Source of the DNA: Nanobdellota archaeon
GTDB taxonomy: Archaea > Nanobdellota > Nanobdellia > Parvarchaeales > Parvarchaeaceae
Assembly (NCBI GenBank): GCA_021817165.1
Contig: JAKAVT010000003.1
Span: forward strand, 11,844-75,843
DNA: 64,000 nt
Direction: 5' to 3'
Both the position numbers and the translations under genes were made by a program. Below are positions 18,254 through 26,948 of the stretch, one piece after another. How positions within the stretch are numbered: position 1 is the stretch's first letter; each line of letters opens with the position of its first letter. The notes beneath the pieces were generated by a model. That model did no database searches, had not been told where the DNA came from, and was given only the letters and a program-made list of their open reading frames with translations.

Positions 18254-18553
18254 ATGGAGTATGTATACGCTGCAATGTTATTGAATAGCTTAGGAAAAGA
18301 GATTACAGAAGATTCGCTTAAGAATGTAATTTCATCTACAGGAGCACAACCTGATGATGCGCAGATAAAAGTAGTTGTCTCTGCATTAAAAGGAGTGGAC
18401 ATTAACAAGATAATAGAAGAGGCTCAAACTGCACAAGTTGCACAGGCTCCTGCCGCGCAGCCAAGCAAAGAGACTAAGAAAGAGGAACCTCACAAAGAAG
18501 AGGCTAAAAGCGCAGAGGAAGCTGCTGCTGGTTTAAGTAGTCTTTTTGGTTAA
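18254..18553 (+). CDS. rpl12: ribosomal stalk protein P1 (L12)
   Basis: MEYVYAAMLL start, Ala/Glu/Lys hinge, C-terminal EEAAAGLSSLFG. Confidence 0.9.
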   Translation: MEYVYAAMLLNSLGKEITEDSLKNVISSTGAQPDDAQIKVVVSALKGVDINKIIEEAQTAQVAQAPAAQPSKETKKEEPHKEEAKSAEEAAAGLSSLFG

Positions 18554-18600
18554 AAGCAACAATAACTGAAAGATAAATAGATCAAGATGTAAATAAAGAT

Positions 18601-19377
18601 ATGGTAGTACTTGTTACCAATGATGACGGTTATAAAACAGAGGGACTGCACATCTTATACAAAGCCGCTAAAAAGGTCTTCGGTTCTGAAGTTATGGTGG
18701 TTTCACCGGATAAACTGCAAAGTTCTAGCGGAATGAGCTTTACTTTCCATAAACCACTGCGCGTAGATAAAATCAATTATAGAGACATGCCTTGTTATAC
18801 CGTATCCGGGACGCCTGCAGACTGCGTGTTCATGTCAATCTACCACCTATTTAAAAACAAGGTATCGATGGTGCTATCAGGAGTAAACGAAGGGATGAAT
18901 GCCGGTTTAGAAACTGTATACTCATCAGGCACAATATCTGCGGCTATGTTCGCTGCAATATCGGAGATACCCAGCATAGCATTTTCAAAGAACTTATCAC
19001 CTGATATGACTCAGGCTGAAATCGATAAAAACATGAGAGATTCGTATGAGAGCATAGTCAAGATACTTAAAAACCTTAAAATAAAGGGCTTCCCAAAAAA
19101 TATTGACATGATCAACGTAAACCTGCCGCTTAAAATAAACACAAAAACCAAGATAAAGCTGGTAAAAACGGACAAAAGGGTATTTGACGATTTGGTGATA
19201 AAGAAGAAAGACCCGAACGGCAAAGATTATTACTGGCTTTATGGAACGCTTAGAAAAGATCTGGATAAAAACGCAGACCTCTATAACCTGTTCGACGGAA
19301 AAATAACCGTTACTCCGATTAAACTTTCAACGACAGAAGAAACGCACCTCAAAGATCTAAGCAGGATATTTGAGTAA
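18601..19377 (+). CDS. surE: 5'/3'-nucleotidase SurE
   Basis: VLVTNDDGY N-terminus, SGVNEG and YSGTISAA motifs. Confidence 0.9.
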   Translation: MVVLVTNDDGYKTEGLHILYKAAKKVFGSEVMVVSPDKLQSSSGMSFTFHKPLRVDKINYRDMPCYTVSGTPADCVFMSIYHLFKNKVSMVLSGVNEGMNAGLETVYSSGTISAAMFAAISEIPSIAFSKNLSPDMTQAEIDKNMRDSYESIVKILKNLKIKGFPKNIDMINVNLPLKINTKTKIKLVKTDKRVFDDLVIKKKDPNGKDYYWLYGTLRKDLDKNADLYNLFDGKITVTPIKLSTTEETHLKDLSRIFE

Positions 19378-19421
19378 ACGTTACTTTATTATTCTATAAC
19401 AAGCTAAGTACATTGTTTTAT

Positions 19422-20561
19422 ATGGACGGGAAAAGAAGTATATTCTTGCTGATAGGCCTTGTAGTATTGGTAGTTTTGGTGTACTTCCTTTTCTTCTACA
19501 ATGGATTGAAAACCGCTGCTGCAAACAATCAGCAAAGTTCAATAGAGATTTTCTACAACGGCTGCAGTACCTGCAGCAACAGCGCCCTGAACGTTATTTA
19601 TAATCTCTTCGGTTCGAATAAACTGCAATTACGGCTCGGCAACGTATCGTTTAACAGCTCGGAAGGCCGTACATTGGTATCAAATTATTCCATTACGGCC
19701 CTGCCTACAATAACAATAAATGAAACGAACAGTTCTGAAAACATACTTGACAGCTTGGTCTATTTAAACATGTTTAACATAGAGGGTAGCACTTTCGTAT
19801 TGAACACTCCCTTTTTGTCAGGGCTCACAAAAGGAATGACTTATTTTGATTTGATACAGGAAAGGCTAATAACCGCATTTGATATATTCAACCAGTCACG
19901 GGTATACCAAAACACCAGTGAAAGTGTGATTAACCCTTCCCAGATACTATATTTATTCAATGGGACTGAATACAGATCGGGAAACAAAACAATAATAAGC
20001 TTTATTTACAGTAATTCCAGTTTTAGCGCCGTTCAGAGCATGATATTATACGAAGCATTGAAGGCATTCGGAAACTTTAGCGATCTAAGCACAATGACTT
20101 CGCCATCGATTTCATTTTCAGCAGGAGAGACCTTGGGCAATACCCAGTTTTATGTCATAAACGGAAGCAGATACGAAAGCCCATACTTTGCCGTAGAATC
20201 TTCAAATATAGAGAACTTAAGCTCAAGCAGATACGTAAATATACTTGAAAAAGAGTTGTTTGAATTTGACCAGAATTCTGTCTATCCCTTTTTCAACAAT
20301 ATCGGGAATTTTATGCCATTTATTGATATCGGTGGAAAATACATAGAGGTATCATCAATGATAAACCCTAAAATATTCGAAAACAAAGATATAAGCCAGA
20401 TTAACCAGCTAATAAAAACAAACCAGACTATTGGCAGGGCGTTCAATGACAGCGTTTACTTCATGCAGACTATTCTGTGTAGCTACGTTGGTTATAATAA
20501 AAGCCTGTGTAATTCAACGCAGATTAAGGCTGATTTGAAACAGATAAACTCACTTATTTAG
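19422..20561 (+). CDS. membrane-anchored extracytoplasmic thioredoxin-like / DUF929-like protein
   Basis: N-terminal TM. FYNGCSTCSN (CxxC) with a downstream ALPTI cis-Pro-like loop. The C-terminal half resembles DUF929 (ALKAFGNFSDLSTMTSPS...PFIDIGGKY), with SSFS where DUF929 proteins carry CPYC as I recall them. ORF-track start 19413 is TTG. Confidence 0.5.
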   Translation: MDGKRSIFLLIGLVVLVVLVYFLFFYNGLKTAAANNQQSSIEIFYNGCSTCSNSALNVIYNLFGSNKLQLRLGNVSFNSSEGRTLVSNYSITALPTITINETNSSENILDSLVYLNMFNIEGSTFVLNTPFLSGLTKGMTYFDLIQERLITAFDIFNQSRVYQNTSESVINPSQILYLFNGTEYRSGNKTIISFIYSNSSFSAVQSMILYEALKAFGNFSDLSTMTSPSISFSAGETLGNTQFYVINGSRYESPYFAVESSNIENLSSSRYVNILEKELFEFDQNSVYPFFNNIGNFMPFIDIGGKYIEVSSMINPKIFENKDISQINQLIKTNQTIGRAFNDSVYFMQTILCSYVGYNKSLCNSTQIKADLKQINSLI

Positions 20562-21239
20562 CCCATCAACAAGGTCGTTTATAACGGATTTATAGTCCTT
20601 CGATTTTAGTATGCCGGATGCAACCAGAAGACCGTCGCTTCCGAGCTCAACGCTTTTCTCTGCGTCTTCCTTTCCCTTTATACCTGCGCCTATCAATGCA
20701 AGAGACTTGGAATTTTCCTTTACCAAACTGCAGAATTCCTTTACTACTTCTGGCTTGGAATTTGAAACGGATATGTTCCCGCCTATTAACTCAGGGGGTT
20801 CATATGCTATCCCTGTTGGCTTCATCTTTAATACCTCTTTTGCTTCATCCAAATTCTGTACACATACATAGGTTTCCATGCCTGCATTAGCGCATTTGTC
20901 AACAGCCATCTTTAGAGCGGCATAATCGATTGGCCCATTTTTTGAATGTGCATATCTCTCTTCGGAATGATTTAAAAGTGTTCCTGCAACGGCTGCTTGT
21001 TTTAATTCAAACCAGGTTACGTGAGCAGTAAAAGCACCTGGGTCTACTTCATCCACTCCCTGTGCTATCGTCTTCGCCACTTTTGCAGTATCCCTCAAAA
21101 TCGTAAATGGTGGAGAAACTATTATGCTTACACCGGAAGTTTTTGATAACTTCTTAGAATATCTTGCTATGTCCAGGCCGTTTGTAAAGGCTTCTTCGTA
21201 TGCCTTATAATTTATTATTAGAGTTTTCATATTCATCAA
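20550..21239 (-). CDS. tpiA: triosephosphate isomerase (archaeal short type)
   Basis: About 225 aa with INYKAY, LLNHSE, AYEPPELIG and GAGI motifs. Confidence 0.9.
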   Translation of the reverse strand: MMNMKTLIINYKAYEEAFTNGLDIARYSKKLSKTSGVSIIVSPPFTILRDTAKVAKTIAQGVDEVDPGAFTAHVTWFELKQAAVAGTLLNHSEERYAHSKNGPIDYAALKMAVDKCANAGMETYVCVQNLDEAKEVLKMKPTGIAYEPPELIGGNISVSNSKPEVVKEFCSLVKENSKSLALIGAGIKGKEDAEKSVELGSDGLLVASGILKSKDYKSVINDLVDGLNK

Positions 21240-22053
21240 TAAAATAACAACCTTTTATTACATAAAACTTTCCCCGGGCTATCCTTACCGTTATTCTTTT
21301 TCTTATGCGTCTGTCTCTCAGCACTTCATAAGCGCTATTTTTCATAAATTTCCAGGAATTGACAAAACTTCCTCCAAGTATTATGATCTCAGGATCCAAT
21401 ATGAATATCATAGAAGAAAGATAAAAACCGAATATCCTGCCTATTTTCTCAAATGCTTTCAGAGCTTTTTTATCTCCTTTCTCGGCAAGTTTATGCAAGT
21501 TAAAACCATCCACCCCATAGACCCGCTTTATGCTCTTGCCGCCTATAATGCTTTCTACGTCTTCTCCGCTGTTATAATCATAAATCATGTGCCCAGACTC
21601 GGTGGCAAATCCTCCTCCTTTGTAAATCCTTCCAGAATATATTATCGAACTCCCTATACCTGTTCCCCACACTACAACCAAGCCACTTTTGTATTTCTTA
21701 AGCCCGCTTTCATATAATTGGCCTATACCAAAACAGTTTCCATCATTTTCTATAGATACTTTTTTTGAGAAAGTTTTCATAAAATCCCTTAAATTAAAAC
21801 CGAATATTGGGAGATTTGGCGCAAATACTACCTTGCCATTTTCATCAAGCCTTCCCGCTATCGAAACGTTTATAATGCCATTTGAGAACTTGAGATAATC
21901 GTTTATATTAGCGCTTAACATCTTTAAAAATAAGTTTTTTGATTTTGGGGTACTTACCCTTCTACTTTTAAGTATATGCCCTGGCTTGTCCAATATTGCA
22001 AATATGATCTTTGTGCCGCCAATATCTATACATAATTTACCCTTTGCCATCAA
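21205..22053 (-). CDS. ROK-family sugar kinase (glucokinase-like), without the Zn Cys motif
   Basis: CIDIGGTKI phosphate-1 motif, WGTGIGSSII and ATESGHM. No CxCGxxGC motif. Confidence 0.8.
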   Translation of the reverse strand: MMAKGKLCIDIGGTKIIFAILDKPGHILKSRRVSTPKSKNLFLKMLSANINDYLKFSNGIINVSIAGRLDENGKVVFAPNLPIFGFNLRDFMKTFSKKVSIENDGNCFGIGQLYESGLKKYKSGLVVVWGTGIGSSIIYSGRIYKGGGFATESGHMIYDYNSGEDVESIIGGKSIKRVYGVDGFNLHKLAEKGDKKALKAFEKIGRIFGFYLSSMIFILDPEIIILGGSFVNSWKFMKNSAYEVLRDRRIRKRITVRIARGKFYVIKGCYFIDEYENSNNKL

Positions 22054-22796
22054 TCTTTTATTATGCTTTTAAGTTCTTTTATTCTTTCCACTGGATTGTC
22101 GCTCTGCCATATATTCCTGCCTATTGCCATGCCACTAAATCCAGAGCCGATTGCTTTCTTGACGTGTTGCTCAATATTCTCAGTGTCTAATTTCTTGCCA
22201 CCGGCAAGGAATACCTTAGTCTTGTCTGCTGATTTTACTATCCAATCCAATTTTGAGTCGTCATCCGGGTATTTTAGCTTGACTATGTCGGCGCCCATCT
22301 CAAAGGCCGCTCTCGCAGCGTATGCGACTATCTCCGGGGACTCATCATCTGGTATGGTTTTACCCCTTGGATATGACCACATTATTACTGGCAAGCCTAA
22401 GGAATGGGCTTCTTCTTCTATTTTGCCAAATTCTCTAACCATGTATTTTTCGTATTTACTTCCCCAATAAACTGTATAACCTACTGCGGCTGCTCCTATC
22501 TTTATGGCCTCGGAAACGCTGGTATTCTGCGTTGAAAACGGTTCACCGCCGTATAATCTTGTCTTGCCGTTCAGTTTCAATATTAATGGGATGCCTATTT
22601 CTTTTTTATTGTAATAGTGGATAGCGCTGCCTTTCAAAAATATCAGCGCATCGACTTCTGCTTTTTTTGCCAAGTCTATTATGTATTTCGGTGATACATT
22701 TAGCTCGTTAAAATCAGTCGGTCCATGTTCCAACCCATGATCATATGCTAGAAATACCCCTCTCAATGGCAATTTTCCCATGTTATTTGTAAGCAT
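22050..22796 (-). CDS. class I (DhnA/archaeal type) fructose-bisphosphate aldolase family
   Basis: 248 aa TIM-barrel pattern with LAYDHGLEHGP and ADIVKLKYP (Schiff-base Lys region). Embedded in a glycolytic operon. Confidence 0.8.
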   Translation of the reverse strand: MLTNNMGKLPLRGVFLAYDHGLEHGPTDFNELNVSPKYIIDLAKKAEVDALIFLKGSAIHYYNKKEIGIPLILKLNGKTRLYGGEPFSTQNTSVSEAIKIGAAAVGYTVYWGSKYEKYMVREFGKIEEEAHSLGLPVIMWSYPRGKTIPDDESPEIVAYAARAAFEMGADIVKLKYPDDDSKLDWIVKSADKTKVFLAGGKKLDTENIEQHVKKAIGSGFSGMAIGRNIWQSDNPVERIKELKSIIKD

Positions 22797-22803
22797 TCGG
22801 TCA

Positions 22804-23769
22804 TTATATATTTATCTTGCTTTTTGTTATTCTTAATTTGATATTTTCCGGAGGATATGAGCCGGTTATCCCCTCTTTCGCGCCGTATTTCTGTATAACG
22901 TTACTGGCATTAAAACTTCCGGCCGTGAGTGCATCTTCTATGTCCTTTCCATCATCAATTGCAGTAACGAAAGCGGATAAGAAAGCATCACCGGCCCCGA
23001 CAAAGTTTATCTGTTTTGTTTTAAAAGTGCTAGCAATATAAAGATTATTTTTGGATAAAACGAGTGAGCCCTTATCCCCTTTGGTTATTATCGCCATATC
23101 ATTAACATGTTCTGACAACTTTGAGATATTATTCATGTCATTTGCATATCCCACAAAGGATTTTGCTTCATCGTCGTTCATGCTTATTATGTCTACGTAT
23201 TTCAACACTGGGCTCATTTTCTTTAGCTTGAGGTTTAGCTCCACGGAACCCGGATTAAGCACGGTTTTCATGCCATTGGCTTTGGCGAATTTCAGTACAT
23301 CTGTAAGAAGATCTATGTTTTTGCATGGCAATGGCCCGACATACAACCATCTGGACTTGAAATCCAGCTGTATGTCTGATAGAGACATAGTACTTTCTAT
23401 GCCGCGGTGTATTAACAGGATCATGTCGCCACCGGATGAGACTATTATGTTCGAAAAAGGAGTTTCTCCACTGGACACTTTTATAAGCTCGGTGCTTATC
23501 TTGCGCCGGTTTAAGTCGTTTATCACAAACTGACCGTACTCGTCGCTCCCTATCTTTGAGATTACTGCACACTTCTTGCCAAAAGCAGAAAACGTGGCTG
23601 CGGCATTCGTTGCGCTCCCGCCGCTGAATTCAAGCACGTTTTTTACGTCTATTTTCTTATCCGTAGGTATCTCGAGAAAGTGCTTATTGACCCCCGGTTT
23701 AAGAAATGCCTTGTCTAGAAACAGGAACGTATCCTTCGTTGCAGACCCCAAGGTAACAAAATCAAACAT
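22804..23769 (-). CDS. PfkB/ribokinase-family carbohydrate kinase (candidate ATP-phosphofructokinase)
   Basis: GGSATNAA and VGAGDAFLSAF motifs. First gene of the kinase-aldolase-glucokinase-TIM operon. Confidence 0.8.
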   Translation of the reverse strand: MFDFVTLGSATKDTFLFLDKAFLKPGVNKHFLEIPTDKKIDVKNVLEFSGGSATNAAATFSAFGKKCAVISKIGSDEYGQFVINDLNRRKISTELIKVSSGETPFSNIIVSSGGDMILLIHRGIESTMSLSDIQLDFKSRWLYVGPLPCKNIDLLTDVLKFAKANGMKTVLNPGSVELNLKLKKMSPVLKYVDIISMNDDEAKSFVGYANDMNNISKLSEHVNDMAIITKGDKGSLVLSKNNLYIASTFKTKQINFVGAGDAFLSAFVTAIDDGKDIEDALTAGSFNASNVIQKYGAKEGITGSYPPENIKLRITKSKINI

Positions 23770-23814
23770 GTATTTATTATTGTTTTTAACGAATAAAAAT
23801 TTATCAGATAAGTT

Positions 23815-24123
23815 TTACTGCGTTTTTTTGCCAGTATCTTGCATGCTTTGCAACTTATTTGTCAATTCGTCTATAGACTTGGAAGAGGCCTTCAGCCTAA
23901 AATCTATTATCTCGGACTTTTCCTTGAGGTCTTTGAGTATTTCGTTTTTATCCTTCTTGATGAGTATCTGGCCTGACAGCTGGAACAAATCTGAGTTTTC
24001 TTGTGTTTTTTCAATCTCTTCCATTGTCCTTTTTAGCTCATTGTACTGCAATTGAAGAGTCTGTTTCTGCGTAGTTTCTACCTGCAAACGCTGCCTTAAT
24101 TCTTCAAATTCGTCTTCATTCAT
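23815..24123 (-). CDS. pfdB: prefoldin beta subunit
   Basis: 102 aa with two coiled-coil arms flanking a beta-hairpin (LFQLSGQILIKKDK). Conserved position after the Pcc1/RpoP/L37Ae genes. Confidence 0.8.
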   Translation of the reverse strand: MNEDEFEELRQRLQVETTQKQTLQLQYNELKRTMEEIEKTQENSDLFQLSGQILIKKDKNEILKDLKEKSEIIDFRLKASSKSIDELTNKLQSMQDTGKKTQ

Positions 24124-24373
24124 ACGTATTTATGGTCTCAAGCATTTTTATCGACTGCATTATGCTGTTGTTGACGGCCAATAGCATATTAAAATCATTT
24201 GCATTTATACTTATGCTTATTCTATCTGATGCCAGCTTTATGCGCGTTTTTACCCTGTCATCCGAGGTTAAATTGTAGGACAAAGAATGGAATAGATTAT
24301 GCATCAAAGATTCATCCAATTTTAAGTTTATGCTAGCACTGTATGAATTACCTTGCTTTGACATGGTGCCCAC
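24116..24373 (-). CDS. KEOPS Pcc1-like small protein
   Basis: 85 aa with the pattern ...ISISINANDFNMLLAVNNSIMQSIKML, similar to archaeal Pcc1 (I.I.A.D...LR..vNS). Conserved neighbourhood. Confidence 0.55.
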   Translation of the reverse strand: MGTMSKQGNSYSASINLKLDESLMHNLFHSLSYNLTSDDRVKTRIKLASDRISISINANDFNMLLAVNNSIMQSIKMLETINTYE

Positions 24374-24488
24374 CTTCAGGTTTCTTTTTTACTAAAATCC
24401 TGCCGCCACAATAAGGACATCTTACTATATCCCCTATTTCAGAAGAATCAACTGTTGCACCGCAGTTAAAACATTTGTATTTAGACAT
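24348..24488 (-). CDS. rpoP: DNA-directed RNA polymerase subunit P (Rpo12)
   Basis: Not in the ORF track (46 aa). My translation is MSKYKCFNCGATVDSSEIGDIVRCPYCGGRILVKKKPEGGHHVKAR, with a CxxC...CxxC zinc ribbon and RCPYCGxRIL. Starts 4 nt after the eL43 stop. Confidence 0.8.
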   Translation of the reverse strand: MSKYKCFNCGATVDSSEIGDIVRCPYCGGRILVKKKPEGGHHVKAR

Positions 24489-24491
24489 ATT

Positions 24492-24686
24492 TTATATCAC
24501 CTTCGAACTCAAACTATAAGCGTTGTCGGCCATTACAAGACCGCAATGCTTGCATTTCCATATCCCAGCAGACTGCCGTCTAATAGCAAGCTTCTTACAC
24601 CTTGGGCAGGCATACTTTTCGGATCTTAATTGTCTTATGGCATCAACCCTTTTCCTTACTCCTACCCCATATTTTGCCGTTCTCAT
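24492..24686 (-). CDS. rpl37ae: 50S ribosomal protein eL43 (L37Ae)
   Basis: MRTAKYGVGVRK...CPRCKK...CKHCG zinc ribbon. 64 aa. Confidence 0.95.
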   Translation of the reverse strand: MRTAKYGVGVRKRVDAIRQLRSEKYACPRCKKLAIRRQSAGIWKCKHCGLVMADNAYSLSSKVI

Positions 24687-24764
24687 ACCTCATCATTTAC
24701 TATTTTTTTATATTTAAAGCTTAATTTATTATATTATAATGTAAAATGTAATTAAATCACGGTT

Positions 24765-25742
24765 ATGGAAAGAAATAAATTCAGATATGTCATTTTGTTG
24801 TTCGCAATAGTTATAATTTTCATGATGGTCGGAAAAGCAAATGCCGTGCCTTATTCTCAAGTTAGCATTTTTGATAACATCACCCAAACATCATATCTTT
24901 ATTCGTACTCAACGGTGCATTATACTATAACGATATATAATGCCTCCGACTCTAAGTTCAATATCAGTTTACCGTCCAACACGGAAAATTTAACGGTTTT
25001 AAACGGCGTAACATTTAATATCTACCCTTCTTCAGACTGCCATACCGTTTCTGTACCGAGCGGATGTATATTGGTGGGATTAAATAACATTAAAAGTGGA
25101 GTACCCATAAACCTGCAGTATAATTATTACCAAAACTACACCGGTCTAAATAATTCTTTTAATTCAACGATATATTTTCTTCCTTCAAGTTCTACCCGCT
25201 CGTTATCAATAGATATGCTTTTGCCCAAAGGCGCATATATACCTAGTGGAGCATACAATATACCAACTTCAACAATAATTCCGGTTGCAAGTCATTTTGA
25301 AGTATCTTGGAATTTAATAAACCAGACCTATCTAAATGTTACCGGGTATTATATAAATTTACCATTTATAATACAGTATAATGATGTAATCCCAACAAGC
25401 AAAGCTCCGCCAAATAACAATTATTATTTGTATTACATTATCATTCCAATTATTTTGATTGCCGCATTTGTATTGTATTTTTATTTCGTAAAAAACAGAC
25501 AGGCAGATCCGAGAAAACCCGTGAAAAATGACAATAAAAAGTTATTGTTTAGCCTGTTAAACCACGATGAAAAGATAATTTTATCGACATTAAATAAAAA
25601 AGACTTCATTTATCAAGCAGATATAATAAAAAAGACGGGATTCTCGAAAATAAAGGTAAGCAAGATTTTATCAAAGTTATCAAGGTATAGGCTATTGAAA
25701 ATAAAGCAGGATGGCAGAACAAACAAAGTAAAAAGACTGTAA
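24765..25742 (+). CDS. membrane-tethered winged-helix protein (signal/TM, sequon-rich ectodomain, TM, cytoplasmic wHTH)
   Basis: N-terminal hydrophobic segment ending ANA, about 200 aa of N-x-S/T-rich domain, TM YYIIIPIILIAAFVLYFYFV, then EKIILSTLNKKDFIYQADIIKKTGFSKIKVSKILSKLSRYRLLKIKQDGRTNKV (MarR/TrmB-like wHTH). Confidence 0.6.
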   Translation: MERNKFRYVILLFAIVIIFMMVGKANAVPYSQVSIFDNITQTSYLYSYSTVHYTITIYNASDSKFNISLPSNTENLTVLNGVTFNIYPSSDCHTVSVPSGCILVGLNNIKSGVPINLQYNYYQNYTGLNNSFNSTIYFLPSSSTRSLSIDMLLPKGAYIPSGAYNIPTSTIIPVASHFEVSWNLINQTYLNVTGYYINLPFIIQYNDVIPTSKAPPNNNYYLYYIIIPIILIAAFVLYFYFVKNRQADPRKPVKNDNKKLLFSLLNHDEKIILSTLNKKDFIYQADIIKKTGFSKIKVSKILSKLSRYRLLKIKQDGRTNKVKRL

Positions 25743-25744
25743 AT

Positions 25745-26077
25745 ATGTTTAACAAAATGAAGGGTTACCGTGCTGAAAGAAACGTGAAGTTAAATTTTAT
25801 AAAAATGGGCTGGAAAGTAGTAAGAGCCGGCGGAAGCCTTGGAGAGTATGATATAATAGCATTTAAGAACGGAATCTGCATTTTTTTGCAGATAAAATCC
25901 ACCAACAAGCGTAAATTTTATTATTATGGGTATATGGAAGACAAATATGCCGGCTTCCCATTCAGATTAGTAGTACATTTCAACAGAGGAAAAACGGTGG
26001 TTCTTCCGCCTAAAAAAATAATATCTGAGAATGACGGTGAGGATATAGATACTTTTATAGAAAATCTCGGTAGTTAA
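25745..26077 (+). CDS. Hjc-family PD-(D/E)XK nuclease (Holliday-junction-resolvase-like), Q in place of the second acidic residue
   Basis: GYRAERNVKLNFIKMGWKVVRAGGS...YDIIAF...IFLQIKS follows the Hjc pattern G..AE......G..V.R..GS..D..A....hEVK. 110 aa. Confidence 0.65.
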   Translation: MFNKMKGYRAERNVKLNFIKMGWKVVRAGGSLGEYDIIAFKNGICIFLQIKSTNKRKFYYYGYMEDKYAGFPFRLVVHFNRGKTVVLPPKKIISENDGEDIDTFIENLGS

Positions 26078-26152
26078 CTGTTTCCAATAGTTTCTAACAA
26101 ATACTTTAATATAATTAAAATGAAAGAAAAGTATGAGTTTTTTTATTGAAAG

Positions 26153-26184
26153 GCAGTTTTTGCATACTCGGACTCAAAAACTGC
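26153..26184. terminator. 9-bp stem hairpin between convergent genes, followed by a T-run
   Basis: GCAGTTTTT (26153-26161), 14-nt loop, AAAAACTGC (26176-26184), then TTTTATTTTTT. Lies between the Hjc-like (+) and Sec61-beta (-) 3' ends. Confidence 0.4.
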
Positions 26185-26194
26185 TTTTATTTTT

Positions 26195-26335
26195 TTAACC
26201 ATTGAATGCTATTTTTATGCCGACGACGACTATGACAAGTACTATTCCAAATATTATCACAGTTCTCGGTTTAATCGTTATTTTGCTTTTGTAATCTGAG
26301 TAATACTGTACCAAACCACCAAATGAAGAAGGCAT
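26195..26335 (-). CDS. preprotein translocase subunit Sec61-beta (archaeal SecG)
   Basis: Not in the ORF track (46 aa). My translation is MPSSFGGLVQYYSDYKSKITIKPRTVIIFGIVLVIVVVGIKIAFNG. GL..Y....I.P..V plus a single C-terminal TM is the Sec61-beta pattern. Confidence 0.75.
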   Translation of the reverse strand: MPSSFGGLVQYYSDYKSKITIKPRTVIIFGIVLVIVVVGIKIAFNG

Positions 26336-26373
26336 CCTTGTCTGCGCTTTTTTATTTAACATATCCTTATATT

Positions 26374-26916
26374 TTAATCCGTACTGTTATTAAACTTTTC
26401 TATGTGCACTATCCTGTTCATATCAACTTTTGGTGCATTTATCTTAATAGTAGCTTCGTCTTTTGCATAACCCAGAGGTATAATCCCCCTTACCTTATAC
26501 TTTTCAGGTATGGACAATAATTTTTTTATGTCTCCCTGCTGCAATGTCGCTATCCAAGCGCTTCCCAAACCATAGCTGCTGGCCATAAGCAGCATATTTT
26601 CTATTGCTAAAGCCGCATTTTCAACGCAGAATGTTTCACTGTCTTCTTCATCAAAGACTGCGTCCATCTTAGATTTGTCGCATATAACGACTACCATAAA
26701 CGGTGCGGAATCTATGTACGGAGTAAGTGAGATTTTGCTTATTTCTCGTTTTGTATTTTGATTCGTTACTATAATAAATTCGTATTCCCTTATGCCGCCT
26801 GCAGTAGGTGATTTTACTGCTGAATCTATTAGCTTTAGTATTATTTCCTCGTTTACTTCTTTGTCCAAAAAAGAATATACCGTTCTTCTTTTTGTTATTG
26901 CATCGTATACGTCCAT
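26374..26916 (-). CDS. nitroreductase-family flavoprotein
   Basis: 180 aa with N-terminal AITKRRTVYSF, PTAGGIREYEF and GLGSAWI motifs. Confidence 0.8.
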   Translation of the reverse strand: MDVYDAITKRRTVYSFLDKEVNEEIILKLIDSAVKSPTAGGIREYEFIIVTNQNTKREISKISLTPYIDSAPFMVVVICDKSKMDAVFDEEDSETFCVENAALAIENMLLMASSYGLGSAWIATLQQGDIKKLLSIPEKYKVRGIIPLGYAKDEATIKINAPKVDMNRIVHIEKFNNSTD

Positions 26917-26948
26917 AGAATTTTAAATGACCCTGGGATATATAAATA

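Noticed and set aside
23051-24055. Two ORFs of about 160 aa (23051-23533 and 23576-24055) antisense to the PfkB kinase and prefoldin genes.
   Set aside because: They overlap well-supported genes and a promoter spacer, and show no motifs or independent promoter geometry.
26323-26520. 65-aa plus-strand ORF bridging the Sec61-beta start and the nitroreductase 3' end.
   Set aside because: It overlaps two better-supported minus-strand genes and has no recognisable features.
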